Assembly (NCBI GenBank): GCA_963691875.1
Contig: OY829846.1
Coordinates: 3,552,001-3,616,000 of the forward strand
Origin: Aureliella sp.
GTDB taxonomy: Bacteria; Planctomycetota; Planctomycetia; Pirellulales; Pirellulaceae
Length of the DNA stretch: 64,000 bases
Direction: 5' to 3'
The notes under the pieces are model-generated. The model saw only the letters and a program-made list of their open reading frames with translations. It did no database searches and was not told the DNA's origin. Both the position numbers and the translations under genes were made by a program. Position 1 is the stretch's first letter; every line of letters starts with the position of its first letter. This document shows positions 22,695-33,018 of this stretch, piece by piece.

Positions 22695-24290
22695 ATGCGC
22701 TCACCCTCTCAACTGCTTTCGCTATGTACGACTGCTTGGCTCCTTTTGTGCTTCGGTAGCAACTTGTCGGCATTGAGCGATGAACGTCCGAATATCGTCG
22801 TGATCGTGTGCGACGACATGGGCTTTTCGGACCTAGGTTGCTACGGAGGCGAGATCAACACGCCCAACTTGGATCGACTTGCCGCAAACGGCCTGCGCTT
22901 CAACGACTTCCATAACAATGCAAAGTGCTCTGAGACGAGAGCCTCACTGCTAACTGGTCTTTGGCACCAACAAACCAAGAATCTCAAAACGCCAAATCAT
23001 GTCACGCTAGCCGAGGTGCTGAGGCCTGCAGGTTACTCAACCATGATGAGCGGCAAGTGGCATGTAGCTGCCACTCCACCAGAACGCGGCTTCGACCGCT
23101 ACTTTGGATTTCTTGACGGTTGCATTAACTTCTTTACCGGTGAAGACTGGAGCTCCAGCAAAGAAGGTTGGGGTTCCGGCAAAAACCTGATGCGATTGGA
23201 CTCAGACGAGTACGAATGTCCCAAGGACTTTTATTCGACCGATGCCTTTACCGATTTTGCGATTGAATTTCTAAGTGACTCGACGAGGAAGGACCAACCA
23301 TTCTTTCTGTATCTCGCGCACAACGCACCGCACTTTCCGCTCCATGCCCTGCCGGCAGACATCGCCAAATACAAAGGAAAGTATGACGCGGGATGGGGTA
23401 TTATTCGCGAGCAAAGACATAAGAAGCTCAAGGCGCTAGGGATCATCGATGAAACTTGGCGTCTCTCTGAGCGTGATCCCAAAGTCGAACCCTGGGACCA
23501 CCTTACAGAAGAAGAGCACGAGTTTCTGATTCCCATGATGGAAGTCTACGCAGCGATGGTGGACCGACTGGATCAGAACATCGGACGACTCGTCGAACAG
23601 CTAGAACGCGAAGGTGAACTCGAGAACACCTTGATTGTATTTTTCTCGGACAACGGTGCCTGCCCCTACGAGCGTCTGCGAAACGACGTTCGGATTCCCG
23701 GACCAGCCAAAAGTGATATTGCTTACGATGCTCGCTGGGCCAACATGTGTAACTCGCCGTTGCGACTCTATAAACAGTACGCTCACAACGGCGGCACGCT
23801 CACTCCAATGATTGCTCATTGGCCCAAACGCATTCTGCGGCGTGGCGAGCTGTCAAATCACACTTCTCACCTGATCGACCTCATGCCTACATGTATCGAA
23901 CTTGCGGGAGCTAAGTATCCGACCAAGTGGCAAGGCAACGCAGTCTTGCCCATGGAAGGCGAGTCTTTGGTCGACGCGCTCACTGCGAAATCCGCTTCGC
24001 CGCGTGAGAAGCCACTGTTTTGGGAGTTCTCAGGCAACCACGCCATTCGGGACGGCAATTGGAAACTAGTTGCGGAACGCTCGAAGGACTGGGAATTGTA
24101 TGACCTGTCGGAAGATCGATCTGAAACGAACAATCTGGCCAGCGAGTTACCAGAGCGAGTCGCTAGACTAGCAGAGCAATACGACCAGTGGGCTAAACGA
24201 ACGGGCGCCAAGACGCACGCACGTAGTATGAAGAGCAAGCCCAGTACTCAGTCGCAATTATTCGATCTAGACGCAATCCTCGCTCCCTAA
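22695..24290 (+). CDS. Arylsulfatase (formylglycine-dependent sulfatase family)
   Basis: Signal peptide, RPNIVVIVCDDMGFSD, CSETRASLLTG, GKWH, HFPLH, SDNG; ATG 22695 preferred over GTG 22626. Confidence 0.93.
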   Translation: MRSPSQLLSLCTTAWLLLCFGSNLSALSDERPNIVVIVCDDMGFSDLGCYGGEINTPNLDRLAANGLRFNDFHNNAKCSETRASLLTGLWHQQTKNLKTPNHVTLAEVLRPAGYSTMMSGKWHVAATPPERGFDRYFGFLDGCINFFTGEDWSSSKEGWGSGKNLMRLDSDEYECPKDFYSTDAFTDFAIEFLSDSTRKDQPFFLYLAHNAPHFPLHALPADIAKYKGKYDAGWGIIREQRHKKLKALGIIDETWRLSERDPKVEPWDHLTEEEHEFLIPMMEVYAAMVDRLDQNIGRLVEQLEREGELENTLIVFFSDNGACPYERLRNDVRIPGPAKSDIAYDARWANMCNSPLRLYKQYAHNGGTLTPMIAHWPKRILRRGELSNHTSHLIDLMPTCIELAGAKYPTKWQGNAVLPMEGESLVDALTAKSASPREKPLFWEFSGNHAIRDGNWKLVAERSKDWELYDLSEDRSETNNLASELPERVARLAEQYDQWAKRTGAKTHARSMKSKPSTQSQLFDLDAILAP

Positions 24291-24329
24291 TCTCTACTTC
24301 TCCCCACCTCACTCCAACCGCAAAACAAA

Positions 24330-25625
24330 ATGAATAGAACCGCTCCAGCACTTCTGTGGCTCGCGATAGCTTTCGTTCCAACGACTCCTCTGTTCGCCAA
24401 TGATCCCGTCAAGCCAGCTGCGATTCGAGTGAGCGATGGATTTAAGGTAGATGCAAACGATTGGCCCTGGTGGCGTGGGCCGCAGCGAAACGGAACGGCT
24501 TCGGCTAGCCATGCTCCACTTGAGTTCACTGAAGACAACTTACTCTGGAAAGCCAAAGTTCCGGGCCGCGGTCATGGTTCGCCGACGGTTGTAGGAAACC
24601 GAGTTTTGCTCGCCACTGCAAACGAAGAAGCCGGCTCACAGTCTCTTTTATGCTACTCGCGCGAAAATGGCGAATTGTTTTGGGAGAACAAGATTCATGC
24701 TTCCGGAGCGATGAAACGCAATAAGAAAGCATCCGCTGCTTCTGGCACTCCTGCCTGGGACGGAGAACAAGCGTACATTTGCTTTCCCAATTCTAGCTCT
24801 CTGTTTGTCACTTCAGTAAACGGAAATGGCGAAAAAGTCTGGCAGAAGCAAGTGTCGAAGTACGTGGTGCATCAAGGTTACGGGGCGTCGCCCACTTTGT
24901 ATCAAAACCTCGTGATCGTTTCGGCAGACAATAAATCGGGTGGAGCCATCGCTGCTTATGAGCGGAAGACCGGCGAGCTTGTCTGGAAAAGAGAGAGACC
25001 ACGTGAGCCCAATTATCCTTCGCCGACGATTCTGCACGCGGCTGGAAAAGACCAGTTGATCATGACTGGTTGCGACAAGGTTTCGAGCTTCGATCCATTG
25101 ACAGGAAAAACGATCTGGGAGATCCAGGGGGCGACGACGGAATGTGTCACTTCCACGGTCACCGATGGCAACTTAGTATACACAAGCGGTGGATACCCCA
25201 AGAATCACATGTCGGCCGTTCGAGCCGATGGTACGGGCAAAGTCGTCTGGGAGAACAGCTCAAGGCTTTATGTTCCTTCCCTGGTAATCCATGACGGCTA
25301 CCTATACGGCGTGCTCGACGCCGGAATCGCAACTTGCTGGAAGGCTGATACTGGCAAGGAAATGTGGAAGCATCGACTCGGTGGAACTTTTTCGTCTTCC
25401 CCAGTGCTAGTAGGCTCCAGTATCTTGGTCGGCAACGAAGCGGGCCAACACTTTGCTTTCGAAGCAACACCATCTGGCTACGAGCAATTCGCCCAAAGCC
25501 AGCTCGGCAACCAAGTCTTCGCAACCCCAACTGTCGTAGGCGGTCGGGTATTTCACCGCGTCGTTGGTAAGGACGACAAGGGTGCGAGACAGGAGTGGCT
25601 GTATTGCTTCGGTGCAAAAAACTGA
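24330..25625 (+). CDS. PQQ-binding-like beta-propeller (BamB-like) exported protein
   Basis: DWPWWRGPQRNG, GHGSP, repeated TGE/K..W motifs, FSSSPVL. Confidence 0.9.
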   Translation: MNRTAPALLWLAIAFVPTTPLFANDPVKPAAIRVSDGFKVDANDWPWWRGPQRNGTASASHAPLEFTEDNLLWKAKVPGRGHGSPTVVGNRVLLATANEEAGSQSLLCYSRENGELFWENKIHASGAMKRNKKASAASGTPAWDGEQAYICFPNSSSLFVTSVNGNGEKVWQKQVSKYVVHQGYGASPTLYQNLVIVSADNKSGGAIAAYERKTGELVWKRERPREPNYPSPTILHAAGKDQLIMTGCDKVSSFDPLTGKTIWEIQGATTECVTSTVTDGNLVYTSGGYPKNHMSAVRADGTGKVVWENSSRLYVPSLVIHDGYLYGVLDAGIATCWKADTGKEMWKHRLGGTFSSSPVLVGSSILVGNEAGQHFAFEATPSGYEQFAQSQLGNQVFATPTVVGGRVFHRVVGKDDKGARQEWLYCFGAKN

Positions 25626-25664
25626 TCCAATTCTTTTACTGACGCGAGAACGGACTTTCTTTCG

Positions 25665-26018
25665 ATGGGTTTGTTTGACGGAACAGCACTGGAACGTCCG
25701 GTGCTCTGTGAACGGTGTGAGCAGGACGTAAAGACTTGCGACTGCGAACCACTGATTGAGGCGAAGGACGAGCCCGAGGTAGAACCGTCCAAACAGCGAC
25801 TGCGGGTACGCAGCGAGAAGCGAAAACGCGGCAAGATGGTCACGGTCGTCGCTGGACTTCAGGGATCGGAGCGGCAACGCCAAGAACTGCTCACGCAACT
25901 CAAGAATCACTGCGGCGCCGGCGGTACGCTGAACGACGATCAGCAAATCGAGATACAAGGTGAACAGTCCGAACGCTTGAAGACGAAACTCGAGCAGCTA
26001 GGCTACCGCGTTTCTTGA
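25665..26018 (+). CDS. Translation initiation factor SUI1/YciH family protein
   Basis: KRKRGKMVTVVAGL, LKNHCGAGGT, IEIQGE. Confidence 0.9.
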   Translation: MGLFDGTALERPVLCERCEQDVKTCDCEPLIEAKDEPEVEPSKQRLRVRSEKRKRGKMVTVVAGLQGSERQRQELLTQLKNHCGAGGTLNDDQQIEIQGEQSERLKTKLEQLGYRVS

Positions 26019-26078
26019 ATATCTCCGCGTACGAGACGACAATCAGATCACTCTCCGCCAATCACTACTTCGTTTCCC

Positions 26079-27791
26079 GTGAGACCATCCATGCGAGTTC
26101 TGCTGTCTCTGTGCTTCTTAGTCATTCTCAGCTCAGTTGGATTTGCACAAAACAACGTGGCGGACCTCGTGTTGCTGGACCTGCAGGTCCTTCAGTGCAA
26201 CGCGGCGATGAACGAGACTGACGCAGTTGCGATCAAAGGCGATCGCATCGTTGCCTTGGGGAAAGAACAGGTCACCAAGTGGATCGATCCTGAAAAGACT
26301 CGCATCATTCGTGATTCGAAGCTTGTCGCCACCGCTGGCTTTGCGGACAGCCACCTGCACTTTGTTGGGCTCGGACAATCACTGCAGATGCTCGATTTGA
26401 GGGACGCAAAATCCTGGCAACAAGTCGTAGCGATGGTTGAGAAGACAGCGGAGAACTTGCCGGCCGGAACTTGGATTGAAGGCCGCGGCTGGCACCAGTC
26501 CAAATGGAATCGCAAACCGGAGAAGTCGATCGAGGGCTACCCAAGCCATGAAACGATGAGCGCCGCAGTTCCGCATCACCCCGTCGTTCTGACTCACGCT
26601 AGTGGTCATGCATGCTTCGCCAATGCCGCAGCAATGAAGCTCGCTGGCGTCACAGCGCAGAGTAAAGATCCTGCTGGTGGCGAGATCTTAAGAGATGGGG
26701 CAGGGGAGCCCATTGGAGTTTTTCGCGAGAATGCTCAACGAGCCATTCGACTAGCTCAGTCAAGAAGCGAACAACGCCGCTCCACCGATGAAAAGCGGAA
26801 CATCGTCGCGGAACAAATTCGCTTGGCTGGCGAGCAATGTTTGCAGCACGGGATTACCAGCGTGCATGATGCTGGCAGCAGTTTTGCGCTCGCAGATCTG
26901 TTCACTCAGTTCGCCCAAGAATCAGAGCTTCCAGTTCGCGTCTATTTGATGATCCGCGCCGGAGCAAATGAACTCGCCGCTCGGATGCCGGACGCGAAAC
27001 GCATTGGCGTGGGGGACGAGTTCTTTACGGTTCGCAGCGTCAAAATTTCGATCGATGGCGCACTCGGGCCGCACGGCGCCTGGTTGCTCAATCCTTACTC
27101 AGATCTAACCACTTCAGCTGGCTTGAACACCTTCGACGTCGATGAGATGGCAGAGATTGCTGGCTTGTGCCGCAAGTACCAATGGCAACTCTGTGTGCAT
27201 GCGATTGGCGACCGGGCCAGCCGCGAAGTGCTGGATACCTTCGAGTCTGCTCTGGGAGAGGACGTCGATTCTGACCACCGCTGGCGGATCGAGCATGCTC
27301 AACACCTTTCACCACAAGACATTCCTCGCTTTGGAAAACTCGGCGTGATCCCAGCCATGCAAGCAAACCATTGCACCAGCGATGCGATCTTCGTTCCAAT
27401 GCGACTTGGCGAACGCCGCAGCAAAGAAGGTGCCTATGTCTGGCGTTCTCTGATCGATAGTGGCGCCATTATTCCGAACGGCACCGATGCTCCCGTGGAA
27501 CGCGTCGACCCCAGAGTCAGCTTGTATGCTGCCGTCACACGCAAACTTTCAAACGGCGAAGTGTTTTACCCTGATCAGTGCATGACGCGAGCAGAAGGTC
27601 TTCTGAGTTACACGCTTTGGCCCGCCATCTCCGCCTTTCAGGAACGCAAGCTGGGTTCGATTGAAATCGGTAAGCGAGCGGACATCGTGCTTTGGGATCG
27701 CAATCTAATCAGCTGCCCAGCCGAAGAAATCTTGGAGGCCAAAGTTCAGATGACGATTCTGGGCGGAAATGTCGTCTACGAAGCAGAGTAG
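26079..27791 (+). CDS. Exported amidohydrolase (family 3, YtcJ-like)
   Basis: GFADSHLH, GRGWHQ, DGALG, HAIGDRA, RIEHAQ, GTDAPVE, GKRADIV. Confidence 0.92.
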   Translation: MRPSMRVLLSLCFLVILSSVGFAQNNVADLVLLDLQVLQCNAAMNETDAVAIKGDRIVALGKEQVTKWIDPEKTRIIRDSKLVATAGFADSHLHFVGLGQSLQMLDLRDAKSWQQVVAMVEKTAENLPAGTWIEGRGWHQSKWNRKPEKSIEGYPSHETMSAAVPHHPVVLTHASGHACFANAAAMKLAGVTAQSKDPAGGEILRDGAGEPIGVFRENAQRAIRLAQSRSEQRRSTDEKRNIVAEQIRLAGEQCLQHGITSVHDAGSSFALADLFTQFAQESELPVRVYLMIRAGANELAARMPDAKRIGVGDEFFTVRSVKISIDGALGPHGAWLLNPYSDLTTSAGLNTFDVDEMAEIAGLCRKYQWQLCVHAIGDRASREVLDTFESALGEDVDSDHRWRIEHAQHLSPQDIPRFGKLGVIPAMQANHCTSDAIFVPMRLGERRSKEGAYVWRSLIDSGAIIPNGTDAPVERVDPRVSLYAAVTRKLSNGEVFYPDQCMTRAEGLLSYTLWPAISAFQERKLGSIEIGKRADIVLWDRNLISCPAEEILEAKVQMTILGGNVVYEAE

Positions 27792-28018
27792 ACATCTACG
27801 TTATTGACGGCGTGAGTGACAAGGTAGGCCGTTAACGGCGAAGCGCTGTTACGGCGATGTGTTCACTGCTTCATGGACCAGCGAAATTCCATGATCTCCC
27901 CAAACGACAACAACCCTCACTTTGCAGCGAGGGTTATTGGACTGATTCGATTGCAATCGGCAAACCACGATCTCAGTAGCAAATCATCGCTACTTGAGAA
28001 TCGAAGCAATGGCTTCCA

Positions 28019-28336
28019 CTAATTGCCGATGGTCGGTGGGTTGTTCACGAAGAAGTCACGAGGACCTCGAGTCGTGTAGTAAGGGTAAGCTACTTGAGCT
28101 GCACCTGGGCTTTGAACACCGCTAGCAGGCATGGTCTTGCAACCGCGGTTGCAATTCTTAGTTAGGAAGCGTTGGTAGTCGGTTCCACCGCGCTGCCAAC
28201 CGATGGTGGATGGACGGCAGCCACTAGCACAGGTGTTGCAGCTGCGGCACTTGTTGTTCAGTATCTCACAGCCAGTGCTGCACGAGATGGTGATTACCAG
28301 GGCCAGTCCCAATAACACTCGATTCATTTGCGTCAT
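28019..28336 (-). CDS. Small Cys-rich exported/lipoprotein-like hypothetical protein
   Basis: AAGG-preceded ATG, hydrophobic leader ending STGC, CxxCxxC run, C-terminal YPYYTTRGPRDFF. Confidence 0.7.
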   Translation of the reverse strand: MTQMNRVLLGLALVITISCSTGCEILNNKCRSCNTCASGCRPSTIGWQRGGTDYQRFLTKNCNRGCKTMPASGVQSPGAAQVAYPYYTTRGPRDFFVNNPPTIGN

Positions 28337-28701
28337 CCTTTACGCGCCGTTGGCCCGCGTGTCGCCAACTTGCCATGTGAGTTTGCCTTGGACGTCGGAC
28401 GGGTAACGATGCGGGCGCACCACACTTCCGACCTCGGTAATTTCGGACGTCTCAGAAGAATTGATCGGGAAAATCGGTACTATTCGATCACATGGCTTCG
28501 AGCCGGCTGTGAAACACATCGTAGCTTGACTAAGTTAACATGTGTCACTTCGCTTACCCTGACTCCCGTAGACCGCTAATGAGCGCAGCGCTGTTGCGGC
28601 ACACATCGAGCTCGAATTGGCTTACGATGAATGACGGATTCGTCGTGGTAGCTGAGCTATTCAAGAGCGGACGACTTCGGAACCAATAAACGCCGCAGGA
28701 T

Positions 28702-28766
28702 GCCGAAAGCCTTGGCGACTTTCGCTACCAGGTTTGGCTGGCCGAAGTCTTGACGAATTCCGCTAC
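28702..28766. repeat. Two GTAG-type REP-like elements
   Basis: GCCGAAAGCCTTGGCGACTTTCGCTAC and GCCGAAGTCTTGACGAATTCCGCTAC: imperfect hairpins ending CTAC (GTAG on the minus strand). Confidence 0.55.
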
Positions 28767-28820
28767 TTGCAACTAACCTGCAATTGCCAACCTCATTGCT
28801 AGCTAACGATTCAGCGAAGA

Positions 28821-29183
28821 ATGCCATCCACAAAACAAGTCGAATCGCCTTTCCTAAAAGAACAACCCGTTCGGTTGGGCTTCAACATCATGATGTTATT
28901 GCTGCTGATGGTGGTTGCTGCCGGAGTCGGCTTGTTCTTGGTGATGGCTATGCGGGTACCTGCCATTACAAATGAACTCAACGCTTGGCTCGGTCGTCCA
29001 GGTGAAGCATCGCAAGTAGATGGAGCTCGCAAAGCCCAACTCAACTTCGCTCTCTACTTGTATGCAGCTCCAACACTCATGGGCATGCTGGCGTACGCGT
29101 TGCACTACATTGTCAATATGGTCGATAAGAAGATGAAGAATGTCCACGAGAGGGCGGAAGACAAAGAATTCGAGATGGAGTAG
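28821..29183 (+). CDS. Hypothetical two-TM membrane protein
   Basis: Two hydrophobic segments; ATG start; plausible composition. Confidence 0.75.
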   Translation: MPSTKQVESPFLKEQPVRLGFNIMMLLLLMVVAAGVGLFLVMAMRVPAITNELNAWLGRPGEASQVDGARKAQLNFALYLYAAPTLMGMLAYALHYIVNMVDKKMKNVHERAEDKEFEME

Positions 29184-29210
29184 CCGCTGCACCACCCCCT
29201 CAGGCAGCGA

Positions 29211-29774
29211 CTAGGACTCTTTGCGATACATCAGATCGGTGCGGGCAACGTACTTAATGCCGCTAGTGACTTCAGCGCCTTCGTGAACGATCGGATGCTG
29301 AAACACCAATCCGAGCCCGACCTCAGGTCGAATGGAGAGTTCAGGCTAGGTGGCCATATTGGTTTTTTTTTCACCACCTGTGAAGCCGTCGTTGAGATAG
29401 ATCAGAAAAGTGTAGAAGCTCTTATCATTCTCTCGTTCAAACGAACCATCTGCGTGCGGCGCGAATCGCATTCCAGGTTTATAGCGATAGCAGCGAAACC
29501 TTTCATTTGCTCCGACGAGTCTACGAAATCGCATTTCTGCTGGCACATGCGACTCGGCTTTGCGAAACAACTTCTCTGCCAGTTCAACGTCGTCGAACAT
29601 CACTCGCTCGTTGTTGCAAACGTCAGTCCGAACACGAGTCCCCTGACTTGTGTTGATCGGCGCAATTTCTGGTCCGATGTCATCAATCTTGGCAATGAGC
29701 GACTGGCATTCTTCAGCGCAAAGCACTTCAGGTATCTGAGCCACCAAGATAGATTTTTCGTCGACGGTGAACAT
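29211..29774 (-). pseudogene. 2OG-Fe(II) oxygenase (prolyl 4-hydroxylase-like) interrupted by one in-frame TAG
   Basis: RFRCYRY, HADG, YLNDGFTGGE; after TAG (29346-29348) the frame continues PELSIRPEVGLGLVFQHPIVHEGAEVTSGIKYVARTDLMY to a stop at 29211. Confidence 0.85.
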
Positions 29775-29790
29775 CGTTCAGCTTGCCTAT

Positions 29791-32772
29791 CTAGAAGTGG
29801 TTCCATCCCAAACGCAGTCTCCAGTCCTCAATATCTGAGAACGCATACTGGCTAATGTCTTCGCCTTCACCTGAAGATTGCTCGTTGAGTTCGGAAATGA
29901 TGATCAAAGCATCGAGCGGTGACACGACTCGATCACCGTTTCGATCGTAGAAGAACCCAGTCGCCAGCGGCGGAAGCTCTTCGTGGTCGAGAATCTGCGG
30001 GCGACCAAGGTTCAAGTAGTTGATCACAATCAGTGCGTCGATCGGCGCAACGGTACCATCTCCGTTGACATCACTTGGCAGTGACTGATTCTTCCAAGGA
30101 CTATCGATGGCTTCGGCCAGCACTTGAATCTGAAAGTCGACAGAAAGGGCTGGACTGCCGCTGTCCGTCACGCGCACTGGAACGGTGTATTCAGTCATTC
30201 CGGCTGGGATAGCTTGATCCGCGGCCATCTTGAGCATTCCGTCGTCCACGACAAACTTGGAATCAAGCGATGCAATCACGTGCGTTTGATCTAGATCGGG
30301 GTCTACAACATTGAGTTGCCCCACTACCTGGCCGATCAATTCTTGCCAGGTCGTATTGTTATCAATCGAAACCGATTCCGGGGTTTCATTGACATCACCC
30401 ACAGCTACTTCTGATCGAGCTGAAATCTGCTTGCCATTCGAATCGGTAGCCGTCACGACCAGATCAATCGTCGGTTCAGTTTCGTGATCCACCGAGCCGC
30501 CAAAGATCAACTCACCGTTCTCCACGCTGAAGCGAGAGTCATTGGTCGAGTACTGATAGGTATCGAGCCCTGCGGACACGATTTCAACTGCGCCGAGATT
30601 TCGCTCCGTTTCGTCTTCGGAAATCACCATGTCAAGAGGCAACTGCATGTAGGTAGCTTGTGCGTAGTAGACCGAGCGATAGATCGTCTGGCTCGGATTT
30701 CCATCCGGATCGATAGCTCGCAGACTCAAAATACGCTGGCGATCATCGAGCGGTCCGTTCTGCTGCTGGAACCTAAGCGTCTGCGCAAGACTCGTTGCAT
30801 CCGAGGTGCTCGCACCGTCCGCAAAGAGAAGTTCTACCGCTTGCGGATCGAAGTCCACAATCTCTGCGATGAGCTCGCCACTTCGTAGAATCTGATTTCC
30901 TTGCTGGACGTACCCTGAACTAGCAACAAACTGCAGGCTATCACCTTGTTCGTCACTTGCCCCGGACACGAACCCCGCACGAACTCGTCCACCACTGAAG
31001 TCAGATCCATCGCTATCGACGAGCGTCGATTCGAAAGGGTTGGTTGTTTCTTGCCCGGGTTGGATTGCGATTGGCGTCCTGGCGGTCGGCACCCAAAACG
31101 GACGATTTTCTACTCGGCTTCCCGTAACGCGGCCTTCAATCGGAAAATTGAAAATAGCCTCGTCCGGATCGTTCGTTTCCAATTCGACTTGGCCCCAATA
31201 GCGATCGACTGCATCGGTTTCCAAAGCGATTCTCAATTCACGCTCTTCTCCTGGCGGCACGACTTGAGGCGCAGGTTCTGCGAGTTGAAAACCCTCAGGC
31301 AAACGCACGTCATTGATCTCCAAGTCAACTGAACCCGCGTTGCGTAACGTAAGGCTGGTTGGCGCGGAAGACTCACCACGTTCATAAGTCCCTGCGTCGA
31401 CGGGAGTCAGGCGCTCGTCGATGATGAACCGATCACCCCACGTGACTTCCAAAGCTGGCTCTCCGTCGCCAGGCAGAACCACCTCAAAAGTATTGCGGTA
31501 AATTTCTCGGTCTTCACGAGTTGAGACAACCGTCCACTCTCCAGTTTGATCAATCGCCCCTGTCCAAGCCCAAAAGAAGAAGTGGCGAGTGCCGAACGGG
31601 GACGTCCAGTGATCATCGAATGCAACTGATCCATCCGGTCGAGTCCATGTAGTTCTAAATCGATCGCCCTCATGAACATAATTCGTGAAATACCAGATCC
31701 ATGGATTTCGCTCACCGGTAGCGTTGTTGCCTGCAAGAAGCGGAAAGGTGTTGATCGGAACGGGTTGTTCTCGAGAAGAATCGGTCGGATTCGAATTGCT
31801 CATACCTGAATCCAAGACGAGAACATCCTGGTCTCCTGTATATCCAGGCGACGTCAGGAAATAGTCTTCGGGCGAATATGCTGGCTCAATCCCAAGCCCG
31901 TCCTTGCGAACCATAAAACTCAAGTGAGCAAAGTTTGGAGCCCCAGAACTACCGAAAAGCGCAATCGTCTCGCCTTGCACCACTCTTTGGCCCAGCTTCA
32001 CTGCGACTGAGTCGCTTTGCAAGAAACGATAGACGGTTTCCCATCCATTGCCATGGTCGATCGTAATCGAATTACGCCCACTCGCCTCACGGTCTTCATA
32101 TACATCTTTAGCGGAAGTGACGACACCGTCCGCCGCTGCAAGAACAGACTGGCCATGATCAATTCCGCGATGGTTATCCAGACCGATATCCCAATCATCG
32201 TGCCAATCATGCGTGAAGAAACCTCCTGCATAATCACTTGCTACGCCCGGCCTTGGATCCACATCTACATAGTTCACGATCGACCAGTCTTCTCCAGCAA
32301 CCCCGGGGGTTGGGAACAAGAACTTTTGAACAAGCTGCGCCTGTGCAGGCAAAACCTGAAACTGTAGTGAGTTATTTGTCTCGTCCTCTTCTGAGACACG
32401 ATCGCCCACATCTAGCCCGACATCGATGCGAAGTGTTCCAGGCGTCGCGTAGCCCGCTAACGCAATGTGACTTTGGCTCACACCAACTCCAGGTGCCCCA
32501 GCGAGTAGCTCACTCTGAATAGCGACGCCGTCGATGGCGTAAAGAATGCGATAGGAATCGCCAGCTTGCAGATTGCTCGTTTCGTAGTCGACCTTTACTC
32601 TAACCTGCTGCCCTTCCAAGACAGCCTCCAAACGCTCTCCTTGGCCATCAACCAAAAAGGCGTCGACTACCTGCAGATCGGCAGCCAGCAGCTGGCGTTC
32701 TTCGAGGGACTCGAGAGATGGTCGGAATCTCAGCCGCTCAGCGGCAAAATCAGGGCGGGGCTTCACGATCAA
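29791..32772 (-). CDS. Planctomycete surface protein: LExRxLL leader, CARDB, M23-like, Ig-like, cadherin-like and dockerin-like domains
   Basis: LESLEERQLLA; VSEEDETNN; VLAAADGVV/IDHGNGWET/GSSG; LRNAGSVDLEI/TNDPDE; VDHET/DVNETP; DVNGDGTVAPIDALIVIN and DRNGDRVVSPLDALIII. Confidence 0.88.
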   Translation of the reverse strand: MIVKPRPDFAAERLRFRPSLESLEERQLLAADLQVVDAFLVDGQGERLEAVLEGQQVRVKVDYETSNLQAGDSYRILYAIDGVAIQSELLAGAPGVGVSQSHIALAGYATPGTLRIDVGLDVGDRVSEEDETNNSLQFQVLPAQAQLVQKFLFPTPGVAGEDWSIVNYVDVDPRPGVASDYAGGFFTHDWHDDWDIGLDNHRGIDHGQSVLAAADGVVTSAKDVYEDREASGRNSITIDHGNGWETVYRFLQSDSVAVKLGQRVVQGETIALFGSSGAPNFAHLSFMVRKDGLGIEPAYSPEDYFLTSPGYTGDQDVLVLDSGMSNSNPTDSSREQPVPINTFPLLAGNNATGERNPWIWYFTNYVHEGDRFRTTWTRPDGSVAFDDHWTSPFGTRHFFFWAWTGAIDQTGEWTVVSTREDREIYRNTFEVVLPGDGEPALEVTWGDRFIIDERLTPVDAGTYERGESSAPTSLTLRNAGSVDLEINDVRLPEGFQLAEPAPQVVPPGEERELRIALETDAVDRYWGQVELETNDPDEAIFNFPIEGRVTGSRVENRPFWVPTARTPIAIQPGQETTNPFESTLVDSDGSDFSGGRVRAGFVSGASDEQGDSLQFVASSGYVQQGNQILRSGELIAEIVDFDPQAVELLFADGASTSDATSLAQTLRFQQQNGPLDDRQRILSLRAIDPDGNPSQTIYRSVYYAQATYMQLPLDMVISEDETERNLGAVEIVSAGLDTYQYSTNDSRFSVENGELIFGGSVDHETEPTIDLVVTATDSNGKQISARSEVAVGDVNETPESVSIDNNTTWQELIGQVVGQLNVVDPDLDQTHVIASLDSKFVVDDGMLKMAADQAIPAGMTEYTVPVRVTDSGSPALSVDFQIQVLAEAIDSPWKNQSLPSDVNGDGTVAPIDALIVINYLNLGRPQILDHEELPPLATGFFYDRNGDRVVSPLDALIIISELNEQSSGEGEDISQYAFSDIEDWRLRLGWNHF

Positions 32773-33018
32773 TCTCGGGAAATGGGGAGAGAAGCTGGCA
32801 TTGTACCTGCACTAGAGTCGAACCGGAGATTGCGTGTTCGGATTACAGCAGTTTTTAAGCCAGACTCGCCAACCTGCAGAGTAAGGCCTTGCCCTGGAAG
32901 GCTTTGAGCAAGCCCCTCGCTCGCAGAACGTTCTTTTTCCCTTTCTTCCGCGAACCTGCATCAAAACGGCCTTGTCTTGAACGCCGCTAACCGCGATTCT
33001 GTTAGCGCGTGACTGCAT

